From NCBI GenBank assembly GCA_036275055.1, contig DASUEN010000170.1, positions 8,118-72,117 of the forward strand: a DNA stretch of 64,000 bases, read 5' to 3'. The notes below the pieces were generated by a model. That model had not been told where the DNA came from and did no database searches. It saw nothing but the letters and a program-made list of their open reading frames with translations. This document shows positions 9,398-18,037 of this stretch, in pieces; the stretch's first letter is position 1; the number at the start of each line of letters is the position of its first letter. Position numbers and translations under genes: made by a program. The stretch comes from Thermoanaerobaculia bacterium. Lineage in GTDB: Bacteria; Acidobacteriota; Thermoanaerobaculia; Multivoradales; UBA5704.

Positions 9398-10104
9398 ACG
9401 ACGCTCTGGAGGAACCGGCGGAGACTGAGATCCCCGCGGAGCCGGAGACCACGACCCCGGCCCCGGAGTCCCGAAGGCTCCGGATCTGCGAGCTGGCCCT
9501 CGTCCTGGGTGTCGGTTTCCTGAGGTCGAGTCTCTCTTCGCTGCGCGACTGGTGGAACGGTTCCTCGACGTACGTTTCGACGACGTTCGGTGAGCTGCAC
9601 CGCATCTTCGATGCGGGGCTGGCCATCGCGGTGCTCGCCTACGTCCTCTACCGGCAGGGACGAAACCTGCGAACCCTCGGGCTCACCTTCCGGGCCTCGG
9701 ACGTCGCCTGGGCACTGCCCATCGCGTTCCTCTCGCACCTGCTCACCATCGCCGTCGTCAATCTCCTCCATGCCTACGCGGTCCACTTTCCCAAAGGGCC
9801 TGCCGCTACCACTCCGAGCGGGCTAATCTGGTTGGCGATCCTGCCTCTGGCCGCCAAGGAGGAGCTCCTCGTCCGCGCCTATCTGATGACGGAAGTTTCC
9901 GCGCTGACGGGCAGCATGCCATTCGCCGTTTTCGCCAGTATCGGCTTTCAGTCGTTCTATCACCTGTATCAGGGGACGCCGGCGTTCTTCCTCCACCTCG
10001 GAGGTTTTTTCGCCTTCGCGGTTTACTACGCCACCACACGGCGAATCACCCCCGTGATCCTCGCCCACGCTTTTTATAATTTCTGGCTTCTCGCCAGCCG
10101 GTGA
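9394..10104 (+). CDS. CPBP family intramembrane glutamic endopeptidase (CAAX protease-like)
   Basis: AAKEELLVRAY, FQSFYHLYQG and LAHAFYNF motifs in TM helices. 4-nt overlap with the previous gene. Confidence 0.8.
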   Translation: MNDALEEPAETEIPAEPETTTPAPESRRLRICELALVLGVGFLRSSLSSLRDWWNGSSTYVSTTFGELHRIFDAGLAIAVLAYVLYRQGRNLRTLGLTFRASDVAWALPIAFLSHLLTIAVVNLLHAYAVHFPKGPAATTPSGLIWLAILPLAAKEELLVRAYLMTEVSALTGSMPFAVFASIGFQSFYHLYQGTPAFFLHLGGFFAFAVYYATTRRITPVILAHAFYNFWLLASR

Positions 10105-10105
10105 T

Positions 10106-11395
10106 TCATCCCGCCACGATCTGCCGCAGCAGCGCGATGTTGTCGCGGTGTCCCGTCAAGCGGGCGGTGACTTTGCCGCGGATGGGATAGCCCAGCAGGT
10201 AGAGGTCGCCCACGATGTCGAGGATCTTGTGGCGCACGAACTCGTCGGGGAAACGGAGCTCGGTGTTGATCACTTCGTCCTCGCCCACCAGGATGAAGTT
10301 ATCGAGCCGGCCGCCGGAGCCCAGCCCCAGCTCGTTGAGCATCTTCAGGTCCTTCATGAAGCCGAAGGTGCGGGCCGGGGCGATCTCCCGCTTGTAGTCC
10401 TCGGCCGAGGTGAGGGTGAAGTCGAACGACTGCTCCCCCACCGGCGGCGGATAGCGCAGAAGATAAGAGACGGAGAAGCGGTCCGCGGGCTCGATCGCCA
10501 AAACCTTTTCACCCGATCCCACCTCGTAGCGCCGGTCGATCACCACCTCGCGCTGGAGCTCGTCCTGCTCGGTGACGCCGATCTCTTCGAGGATCTTGCA
10601 GAACTCCAGGGCCGAGCCGTCGAGCACCGGGATCTCGCCGTGCACCTTGATCAGCAGGTTCCCCACGCCGTACGCGTGCAGCGCGGAGAGGAGGTGCTCG
10701 ACGGTGCGGATGCTCTCGCCGTCGCGGGAGAGGGTGGTGGCATAGTCCGTTTCGGCCACGGCGCGGACGTGGGCCGGGATCTCCAGCCCCGTGGGGAGGG
10801 AGACGAAATGAATGCCGCTGTTTTCCGGCAGGGGCTGGAGGACCATGCCGGTGCGCTGGCCCGAGTGGAGGCCGAGGCCGTAGACCACGGTCGATTGGCG
10901 GATCGTCCGCTGCCGCCGGCCGGTGCCGGCGAGGAGGGGCAGGGCGGGAGCGGCCTCGAAGCGGCGCTCGCCTTCCGCACGGTCGGCGTGGCGCTCCGGC
11001 CGGGCTGCGGCCTCCCCCGCCTCCAGCGAGCGCTTCCACGCCAGGGCTCCCGTGGCGGCGTCCACGGCCCGCTTGTAGGAGAGGGGCTTTTCCAGGTAGT
11101 CGAAGGCCCCCATCTTGATGGCTTTGACGGCGGTCGCCGTGGTGCCGTGGCCGGACATCATGACCACGGCCGCCGCCGGATCGGCCTCGCGCAGGGCCTG
11201 CAGGGTCTCGAGGCCGTCGCGGTCCGCCAGCCAGATGTCGAGGAACACCACGTCCGGCCGCTTCTCACCGTAGAGGGTCAGGGCCTCTTCGCCGCTGGTG
11301 GTGACGAGGGTCGAATAACCTTCGTCGGAAAAGATCCCCCCCAGGGTGGAAAGGATCCCCGGCTCGTCGTCCACGATCAGAATCAGCTCGGGCAT
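10106..11395 (-). CDS. lpxC: response-regulator receiver domain fused to UDP-3-O-acyl-GlcNAc deacetylase (REC::LpxC)
   Basis: REC: LIVDDEP.., ..VVFLDIWLADRDG.., ..FDYLEKP. LpxC: ..TVEHLLSALHAYGV.., ..FVRHKILDIVGDLYLLG.., ..LTGHRDN.. Confidence 0.85.
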   Translation of the reverse strand: MPELILIVDDEPGILSTLGGIFSDEGYSTLVTTSGEEALTLYGEKRPDVVFLDIWLADRDGLETLQALREADPAAAVVMMSGHGTTATAVKAIKMGAFDYLEKPLSYKRAVDAATGALAWKRSLEAGEAAARPERHADRAEGERRFEAAPALPLLAGTGRRQRTIRQSTVVYGLGLHSGQRTGMVLQPLPENSGIHFVSLPTGLEIPAHVRAVAETDYATTLSRDGESIRTVEHLLSALHAYGVGNLLIKVHGEIPVLDGSALEFCKILEEIGVTEQDELQREVVIDRRYEVGSGEKVLAIEPADRFSVSYLLRYPPPVGEQSFDFTLTSAEDYKREIAPARTFGFMKDLKMLNELGLGSGGRLDNFILVGEDEVINTELRFPDEFVRHKILDIVGDLYLLGYPIRGKVTARLTGHRDNIALLRQIVAG

Positions 11396-11437
11396 GGGTC
11401 AGGCGGCCTCCGGGGGGAAGCATAGCAGGCCGCAAGA

Positions 11438-11486
11438 CCAGCAAAGAAGGGACGAAAGGGACAGCAGGGACAACAGGGACGAGGGA
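11438..11486. repeat. 9-bp tandem repeat GGGACNNCA (x4) with conserved CCAGCAA(A)GAAG flank
   Basis: CCAGCAAAGAAGGGACGAAAGGGACAGCAGGGACAACAGGGACGAGGGA. A near-identical element in inverse orientation lies at 17052..17103. Confidence 0.8.
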
Positions 11487-11615
11487 GAATTGCGAGACCG
11501 CCCCAACCGCGCCCCCTTCTCCCGGTGAGGGGGGCTGGGAGGGGGCGGGAGAAGGGGCAGGGGAGAGGGTCTTGGGTGATGGAAGCCCTTGCCCGGAGAT
11601 GAATCGCCGGGCTAG

Positions 11616-11643
11616 GAACAACGCCCCCTGAAAGGGGGCTTTT
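11616..11643. terminator. GC-rich hairpin plus T-run (possible terminator downstream of the BlaR1-like gene)
   Basis: GCCCCCTGAAAGGGGGCTTTT, about 30 nt beyond the minus-strand stop at 11671. The T-run is better on the + strand. Confidence 0.45.
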
Positions 11644-11670
11644 GAGCCGGATTCATCAACCAGGGACGAC

Positions 11671-13803
11671 TCAGCGCGAACCGTCGTCCTCGTCCACGTC
11701 TTTCTCCTTCTCCTTGTCCTTCTGCTGCTTCTCCTTCGCCTTCTCCTTCTCGTGCACCTTCTTCGCCTTGTCCTTCTCCTTCGCCTTCTCGTGCGCCCGG
11801 TCCTTCAGTGCCTTTTCCCGCATCTCCCGCCGCTCTTCACGGCCGAGCTGGTGCCTCTGCTCCATGGCGCGGTGGAGCTCTTCGCGGACGCCACGCATTT
11901 CGCGCTCGATTTCTTCACGCATCTCGGCCTGCGCCTTGCGGATCTGCTCCCGGTTTTCGGCGGTGAACTCGTGGGCCATTTCCTCGTGCCGCTTGTGCAG
12001 CTCTTCACGCAGGGCCTCCATCCGCCGGCGCTGTTCCTCCGTCGGCTTCATCGACTCGGCCATGCGGCGCGCCTCGGCCCGCAGCTTCTCCCGTTGCTCC
12101 GCGGTGAGGGCCTCGCCGCGCATCTTGTAGGCCTCGGCCCGCATCTTGTCGAGAGCTTCCTGCGAGGGGCGCATCTGGGAGGCGAGCTTCTCCATCTCCC
12201 GCTGGAGCTTCTCCATCTCCGGATCCAGCGCCTTGAGGTGCGCCATCTTCTCGCTCATCTCGCGCGAGAGCTGTTCGAGGCGAGGCTGAAGACGCTTTTG
12301 CACGTCCTCGTTGATGCGCTCGATGTCCATCTCCAGCTTCTTCTGCTGTTCCCTGGAGAGACCGGCGTCGCCGAGCGAGGCGAGCTGATCGTTCATCCTC
12401 TCCAGGCTGGCGTCCAGGTAGGCGCTCGCCTGGCCCATAGCCTCGGAATCCATGGCCTCTTCCATGGCCTCGGCGGTGCCGTCCCCAACGTTGCCGACGT
12501 CGAAGTTGTGAGGATCGATGACCTCACCGTCCTCCACGTCCACGTCCTCCGCGTCGGCCTCGCCGTGATCCTTGTCCCGCATCTCGGCGACTTCCTGCAT
12601 TTCCCGGTCGTGCTCGGGGCGGGCGTCCAGCCAGGAGTCGTCCTTCTCGTGGTTGGCAGGCTGCGGCGACTCGGCCGCCTGGGGAGCCGGTGCGGCCTGC
12701 GGCGTCTTGGGAGGCTGGAGAGCCTCGGACCGGGCGGCGGAGACGGCCGGTGCCGCGGCGACGACGGCGATCAGCAGCGCCACCATGGCGGCGCCGAGCC
12801 ACAACCGGCGAGCCGGATGCTCAGGCCGCCGGGTCTCGTCGAGAAGGCGGCGAATTCGCCGCGCGAGGTTCGACGGGCGATCCGCCATTCCTGGCAAAGG
12901 AAGGGAGCGCAGGCTCACGGACCAGCCGGCGACCTCGGCCAGGCAGCCCGCCAGCGAGAGGGGACGCCCGGTGTTTTCCACCGCCCACTCGTCGCTCAGC
13001 ATCTCGGAGATCTCCCGCAGCCGGCGGCGGGCCACCCAGTTGAGCGGTTGGAAGAAGAAGACCGCGGCCATCAGATGACTAACGGCGAGCCAGACCGGAT
13101 CGCGCCGCACCAGGTGAGCCAGCTCGTGCGCCAGGAGCCCCTGCTGCTGCTCCTCGCTGAGCCCGGCGAGGGCGCGCGGGGGAATGCAGATCTCCGGCTG
13201 GCGGACTCCAAGAGCGAGCGGCACCGGCACCCGCGAGGAGCAGGAGAGGCGGACAGGCTCGTTCAGCCCCGCCCCGGCGGCCAGGTCGCGAAGCTGGGTG
13301 AGGAGGCTCCCCCCCACCACGCGGGGACGGGTCCGCAGCCGGCGGCGGATGCGCGAATAGGAGCGCACGTAAGCCCCCGCGAGCACCGCTGCGCCCAGCG
13401 CCCAAAGCCCAAGCAGAGCCGTTGGGATCGTGCTATTGGAAGCCGCTTCCGGCGCGCTCGGTACCGCCGCAGCCGGCGGATTCATCCGGGCGAAGCGGTG
13501 CGGCGCAGCCACGCTCCGAGTGACCGGAGCCGTCGTTACCGTCCCTTCGATCTCCGCTGGTATTCCTGCAACCGCCGGCCGTTCCTGCGCCAGCCGCCAG
13601 GTTCCAGCCGCGGGCTGCCAGCCGGCGCCGAGCTGAATCGAGGCCGTGACGAGCGCCCCCACGAGAGCGACCTTCCACACCGCCTCCTCCGCCGCCACGG
13701 ACCAGCGGGCGAGGGGCTTCGACGCGAGCCAGGCGAGGCTCAGCAGCAGGGTGCTGTGCAGGAGATAAGTGAGCAACCAGGCGAGAGCTTGCTGGGCGAG
13801 CAT
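11671..13803 (-). CDS. BlaR1/M56-family membrane metalloprotease with very long charged coiled-coil C-terminus
   Basis: N-terminal TM helices; HELAHLVRRDPVW (HEXXH); about 330 C-terminal aa of E/K/R/M-rich heptad-like sequence. Abuts the blaI-like gene. Confidence 0.8.
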   Translation of the reverse strand: MLAQQALAWLLTYLLHSTLLLSLAWLASKPLARWSVAAEEAVWKVALVGALVTASIQLGAGWQPAAGTWRLAQERPAVAGIPAEIEGTVTTAPVTRSVAAPHRFARMNPPAAAVPSAPEAASNSTIPTALLGLWALGAAVLAGAYVRSYSRIRRRLRTRPRVVGGSLLTQLRDLAAGAGLNEPVRLSCSSRVPVPLALGVRQPEICIPPRALAGLSEEQQQGLLAHELAHLVRRDPVWLAVSHLMAAVFFFQPLNWVARRRLREISEMLSDEWAVENTGRPLSLAGCLAEVAGWSVSLRSLPLPGMADRPSNLARRIRRLLDETRRPEHPARRLWLGAAMVALLIAVVAAAPAVSAARSEALQPPKTPQAAPAPQAAESPQPANHEKDDSWLDARPEHDREMQEVAEMRDKDHGEADAEDVDVEDGEVIDPHNFDVGNVGDGTAEAMEEAMDSEAMGQASAYLDASLERMNDQLASLGDAGLSREQQKKLEMDIERINEDVQKRLQPRLEQLSREMSEKMAHLKALDPEMEKLQREMEKLASQMRPSQEALDKMRAEAYKMRGEALTAEQREKLRAEARRMAESMKPTEEQRRRMEALREELHKRHEEMAHEFTAENREQIRKAQAEMREEIEREMRGVREELHRAMEQRHQLGREERREMREKALKDRAHEKAKEKDKAKKVHEKEKAKEKQQKDKEKEKDVDEDDGSR

Positions 13804-14190
13804 CTAACGATCCTCCTTCCGCTCCCGGGACGCGATCATCTCCCGAAGCTGCGCCAGCTCCCCGGAGTCGATGTCGTGCTCGGACAATAAGTGATTGACC
13901 AGGGCGGTGACGTCCCCGCGGAAGAGCTGCGAGGTGAGGTCCGACACCATCGAGCGGCGGACCTGGCCCTCGCTGACGAGGGGACGATAAATGAAGCGGC
14001 GGCCTTCGGCGCGGTGGTCGACCACGCCCTTCTTTTCCATCTTGGTGAGCATGGTGGCGATGGTGGTGAGGGCGAGCCCGCGCTCGGGTTCCAGCGTCTC
14101 GTGCACGTCCGACACCGTGGCCTCGCCGTGGTTCCACAGCACCCGCATGATGGCGAGTTGCAGGTCTCCGAGGTGGTGGGATGTCTCCAT
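13804..14190 (-). CDS. BlaI/MecI/CopY-family transcriptional repressor
   Basis: METSHHLGDLQLAIMRVLW..ATVSDVHETL..LALTTIATMLTKMEKKGVV.. winged-helix pattern. Internal ATG chosen (14190). Confidence 0.85.
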   Translation of the reverse strand: METSHHLGDLQLAIMRVLWNHGEATVSDVHETLEPERGLALTTIATMLTKMEKKGVVDHRAEGRRFIYRPLVSEGQVRRSMVSDLTSQLFRGDVTALVNHLLSEHDIDSGELAQLREMIASRERKEDR

Positions 14191-14343
14191 GTCCGTGTTC
14201 TCCTTGGCGTCAACTACCAGGATAGTACTACCCGAGTCGTTGACTGTCAAGGGGGAGGTACGGAGGTGGAGGGGAGAAGGTTGCAGAGAATTCCCTCAAC
14301 CAAACGGTTGACAATCGTCACGCACCCGACTATCCTCAACCAT

Positions 14344-14682
14344 ATGGTTGAGCAACAGCCCGAGCACCTCGATTCCGTCTTCCACGCCTTGGCCGATCCC
14401 ACCCGGCGGCAGATGCTGCGCAGCCTGGCCCTGCAGGAGCGCACGGTCAGCGAGCTCGCCGGTCCCTTCCACATGTCGCTGGCGGCGGCCTCCAAGCACG
14501 TCAAGACCCTGGAGCGCGCCGGCTTGGTGCAGCGCACCATCCAGGGGCGCACCCACCTCTGCCGGCTCGATCCCAAGCCCCTGGCGGAAGCCAGCGGCTG
14601 GCTCCGGTACTACGAACGCTTCTGGACCCAGAGCCTCGACGCCCTCGAAGCCCTGTTCCCAAACCCCGACAAGGAGCAATGA
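14344..14682 (+). CDS. ArsR/SmtB-family transcriptional regulator
   Basis: ..VFHALADPTRRQMLRSLA..ERTVSELAG.. HTH pattern. Confidence 0.85.
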   Translation: MVEQQPEHLDSVFHALADPTRRQMLRSLALQERTVSELAGPFHMSLAAASKHVKTLERAGLVQRTIQGRTHLCRLDPKPLAEASGWLRYYERFWTQSLDALEALFPNPDKEQ

Positions 14683-14685
14683 CCT

Positions 14686-15162
14686 ATGGAAACCTCGACC
14701 ACCGCCGTCACCCAGACCCGCACGATCAAGGCTACAGCGCAGGAGGTCTTCGCGGCCTGGACCGATCCCGCGCTGATCCCCCTCTGGCTGGGGGCCGGCC
14801 CCAACGTCGTCACGACCGCGGAAGTCGATGCGCGCGTGGGCGGCCACTACCGCATCGAAACGCGGGTCGCCGAGGACGTGCACGTGACGACCGGAGAATA
14901 CCGGGAGCTGGAGCCGGGCCGCCGGCTGGTGAAGACCTGGATCTACCGGGGTCCGCTCGCCGAGTTCGAGCACCACGAAACCCTGGTGACCGTGGACTTC
15001 CGGGAAACCGGGCCGGGAGTCACCGAGCTGACCCTCAAGCACGAGCGCCTCCCGAGCACCAAGTACGCCGACTCCGTCCGCCAAGGCTGGGCCGCCTGCT
15101 TCGACAACCTGGAAACCCTCGCCAGCGAAGGCCGCCTGGCACCGGCGCGGTCGGGGGCGTGA
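14686..15162 (+). CDS. SRPBCC/AHSA1-like domain protein
   Basis: Classic partner of ArsR. ..FAAWTDPALIPLWLG..TGEYRELEPGRRLV.TW.. Confidence 0.75.
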   Translation: METSTTAVTQTRTIKATAQEVFAAWTDPALIPLWLGAGPNVVTTAEVDARVGGHYRIETRVAEDVHVTTGEYRELEPGRRLVKTWIYRGPLAEFEHHETLVTVDFRETGPGVTELTLKHERLPSTKYADSVRQGWAACFDNLETLASEGRLAPARSGA

Positions 15163-15240
15163 GAGGGGGAGCCCAGCAAGTCCGCCTCAGCCAGGACCAG
15201 CCCGTCAGCAAGTCGCCGCGCCGCCGTCCCTCTCCGTGAG

Positions 15241-15382
15241 CCCGTAGGGCGGCAGATTCGTAGCCCAGGCCGTGAGCCCTGGGCGACCGGGCGGGGCCCG
15301 GACGAACCCTCCCCGGCGAGTCGTCGATGCCGCCTGCCGCCCAGGGCTCACGGCCTGGGCTACGAATCTGCCGCCCTACGGG
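15241..15382. repeat. perfect 43-bp inverted repeat with 56-bp spacer (REP/MITE-like palindromic element)
   Basis: 15241-15283 CCCGTAGGGCGGCAGATTCGTAGCCCAGGCCGTGAGCCCTGGG is the exact reverse complement of 15340-15382. Confidence 0.9.
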
Positions 15383-15480
15383 CTGGGGTTGCCCAGCCCC
15401 CCACAATCCCCCCTCCCGGCGTAGAATCTCCTCGTCCATTGACGTCAGGCCGGGCGGACCCGGCGAAAGGGGGCCTCATC

Positions 15481-16698
15481 GTGCGGTTCAACGTGCTGAA
15501 GATCGCCATCCTGTTGCTGCTGGCCGCGGTCGCGGCTCAGGCGCAGATCTGGCAGGGAGCGGCGGCCCTCGAGATCCGGGTCGAGGACCAGAAGGGGAAG
15601 CCCTTGGCGGGGGCTCAGGTCCAACTCCAGTACACCCTCCTCAATCCCCCGGATGGGCCGCCCCCCGTCCTCACCGACGCCAAGGGGCACGCCACGGTGA
15701 GCGGCCTCATTGAAGGAGCCTGGCGCCTCTCGGTCAGCCACGACGGTTTCATGACTTACCAGGTCGAGGTGAACGTGCGCAGCGGCCGGCCGGCACTGTC
15801 GGGAGCGACGCAGATCAAGGTCTCGGGCTCCCTGACCCCGATGGAGGTCCGGGTCTCCCGCGGCACCCCTTCGGCGGCTCCCGCTCCGCGCCCGGCGGCC
15901 CCGGCTCCGGCGCCCGCCCCGGTGCGGCCGGTCCAAGTGGAGCCCGCGCCGCGGCCGGAGCCCACACCGCAACCGCCGGCTCCCAAGCCGCAGCCGCCTC
16001 CTCCCACTCCGGCCCCAACTCCAGCACCGATGCCCAAGCCGGTCCAGGAAACTCCGGCCACGGTTCCTCCTGCCAAGCCGCCTGCGCCGGCTCCGGCTCC
16101 AACTCCGAAGCCTCTACCTCCACCGCCGGCCCCGGCACCCAAACCCAAACCTTTGCCGCCTCCGGCTCCCGCTCCTACTCCCAAGCCCGTGCCTCAGCCG
16201 CCAGCCCCCGCTCCGGCTCCGGCCGCTCCAGCCGCACCTGCGCCCACGCCGGCTCCGGCGGCTCCTCCTTCCGCGGAGCGCCTGCTGACCTCCAAGGACC
16301 GTAACTGCGTGGAGTGCCAGCCGGGCGAGTCCGCCCTGTCGCTCGAGTGGACGGTCTCCCCAGGCACGGCAACCGGTTGCAGCGCGGACGTGGCGAAGCG
16401 GCTGGCGGGAGGCGACGTGCCCGCGGACCTCTCCGCCGGTTGCCACGTGCTGCGGATCGCCCTGCCGGCCGGGATGAAGTACGTGGCCTATCGCTACGAG
16501 ATCCTTGCCGGCGGCGACAGCCTCGACTGCCCCACGGGCAAGGACTGCCCGCGGAACATGGGACGCTGGCCCATCGATCCCGTGCTCTTCCGCGGCGATC
16601 AGGGGACGGTGATCCTCGCGCCCTTCGAGCCCGGCTCCTCCCAGGCCGAGCGGAGGGCCATCCTCACCGTCTACTTCACGGCGGCGAAGCGGCGCTGA
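15481..16698 (+). CDS. secreted protein: carboxypeptidase-regulatory-like N-domain, about 150-aa Pro/Ala linker, Cys-containing C-domain
   Basis: GTG at 15481 after AAAGGGGG. Signal peptide ..LLLLAAVAAQAQ. PAPAP.. repeats. Track ORF starts at 15439. Confidence 0.6.
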   Translation: MRFNVLKIAILLLLAAVAAQAQIWQGAAALEIRVEDQKGKPLAGAQVQLQYTLLNPPDGPPPVLTDAKGHATVSGLIEGAWRLSVSHDGFMTYQVEVNVRSGRPALSGATQIKVSGSLTPMEVRVSRGTPSAAPAPRPAAPAPAPAPVRPVQVEPAPRPEPTPQPPAPKPQPPPPTPAPTPAPMPKPVQETPATVPPAKPPAPAPAPTPKPLPPPPAPAPKPKPLPPPAPAPTPKPVPQPPAPAPAPAAPAAPAPTPAPAAPPSAERLLTSKDRNCVECQPGESALSLEWTVSPGTATGCSADVAKRLAGGDVPADLSAGCHVLRIALPAGMKYVAYRYEILAGGDSLDCPTGKDCPRNMGRWPIDPVLFRGDQGTVILAPFEPGSSQAERRAILTVYFTAAKRR

Positions 16699-18002
16699 GG
16701 GCGCATCTCCCGCACCTGAAGGCCGAAGTGGACGAGGGAGAGGATGGGGACGAGGGACGAGGAGAGCCAGAGCCAGGGGAGGTTCGCGGCCGTCCAGCCG
16801 TAGCGGCCGAGGTACGAGCCAACCCCGATCAGGTCGGTGCGGGTAAGGCCGTCGGCCAGCGCCGCCAAGGCCAGGAGCCCGAAGAGCACCTGCCGCCAGG
16901 TCGTGGCGCGCGCCGTCCAGCGGCAGGCGAGGAGGGCCAGCCCCGGCAACTGTAAGAGCTGGTAGTGATACCAGGAGATCGGGGAGGCCGCGAGGGCCAA
17001 GGAAACGGCGGCGGCGAGGGCGAAGAGCTGGGCGTCTCCCACCTTGAAGCGTCCCCCTGTTGTCCCTGCCGTCCCTGTTGTCCCTGTCGTCCCTTCTTGC
17101 TGGCGCCCCGCAAGCCACAGAGCCGCGCCACCCATCACCAGGAGAAAACCCGCCACCGCCGCCGAGAGCAGTCCCTGGCCACGCGAGAGCTGGAAGGCCA
17201 GCGGATCGTTGCCGCTGCGCCAGCTCGCGGGGAGCGCCTCACCCGCTGCGGGGGGATCGGCGAGCCGGAGCGCCACGGCCGGCAGAGAGAAGTTGAGCAG
17301 GGCCGGCGTGCCGAGCCAGTAATCCTTCGTCGTGGGTGAATGGGGCGGCGGCACTCCGAGCAGGGGGAGCCAGGAGAGGACTACGAAGGCGACCGCCGCT
17401 CCTCCGGCTGCCACGGCTCGCCGCCGGTGGAACGGGGCCACGGCTGCCAGCAGCACCCCCGGCCAGAGCTTGAGCGCCGTGGCGAAGCCGATCGCCATTG
17501 CCGCGAGCCCACTGCGGTTGCGGCGGGCTCCCCACCACGCCGCCACGACAAGAAGGAGCAGCACCGGATTCACCTGGCCCAGGACGAGGTTCTCCGGCAC
17601 GGTGCCACCGAGCGCCCAGAGGGCCACCACCGCCAGCGCAGCCCTGCGGTCCCCTCCTAGGAGCCGCACCAAGACCACGCCGCTCCCGGCCAGGCAGAGC
17701 CAGTTGACGATCAGCCAGGCCACCCGCGCTTGCGGATAGGGAAGCCAGGCCACCGGCATCACGATCAGGGCGGTCAGCGGCGGATAGTCGAAGCGGCCGA
17801 CCTCGTACGGCGAGAGGCCAGCCAGCCAGCGGGCCGCGGCTTGGTAATAATTCTGGAAGTCGGCGTCGAAGAGGCGAAGGGCTTGGAACGGCAGCCACAG
17901 GCTGCGATAGAGGAAGACGGCGGCGAGCCCGGCGATCAGGATATCGATGCCCAGCCGGCGGCCCGAGGGCACCGGCGAGCCGGCCGCCGCGCCCTCAAGC
18001 AT
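16671..18002 (-). CDS. GT87/DUF2029-like polytopic membrane glycosyltransferase
   Basis: ..FDADFQNYYQAAARWLAG..PY....FDYPPLTALI.. and more than 10 TM helices. Contains an in-frame GTTGTTGTAGTTGG insert. Confidence 0.65.
   Translation of the reverse strand: MLEGAAAGSPVPSGRRLGIDILIAGLAAVFLYRSLWLPFQALRLFDADFQNYYQAAARWLAGLSPYEVGRFDYPPLTALIVMPVAWLPYPQARVAWLIVNWLCLAGSGVVLVRLLGGDRRAALAVVALWALGGTVPENLVLGQVNPVLLLLVVAAWWGARRNRSGLAAMAIGFATALKLWPGVLLAAVAPFHRRRAVAAGGAAVAFVVLSWLPLLGVPPPHSPTTKDYWLGTPALLNFSLPAVALRLADPPAAGEALPASWRSGNDPLAFQLSRGQGLLSAAVAGFLLVMGGAALWLAGRQQEGTTGTTGTAGTTGGRFKVGDAQLFALAAAVSLALAASPISWYHYQLLQLPGLALLACRWTARATTWRQVLFGLLALAALADGLTRTDLIGVGSYLGRYGWTAANLPWLWLSSSLVPILSLVHFGLQVREMRPQRRFAAVK
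17052..17103. repeat. 9-bp tandem repeat (GGGACNNCA x5 on minus strand) inside the GT87 CDS
   Basis: TCCCCCTGTTGTCCCTGCCGTCCCTGTTGTCCCTGTCGTCCCTTCTTGCTGG. Its reverse complement aligns with 11438..11486, including the flank. Confidence 0.8.
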
Positions 18003-18037
18003 CCGTTCCCCGCATCAGGGCATTCTAGACCGGGGGG

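Noticed and set aside
15756-16184. Gly/Ala-rich ORFs antisense to the Pro-rich protein gene.
   Set aside because: They are the mirror image of the PAPAP repeat region of 15481..16698, which has a signal peptide and flanking globular domains.
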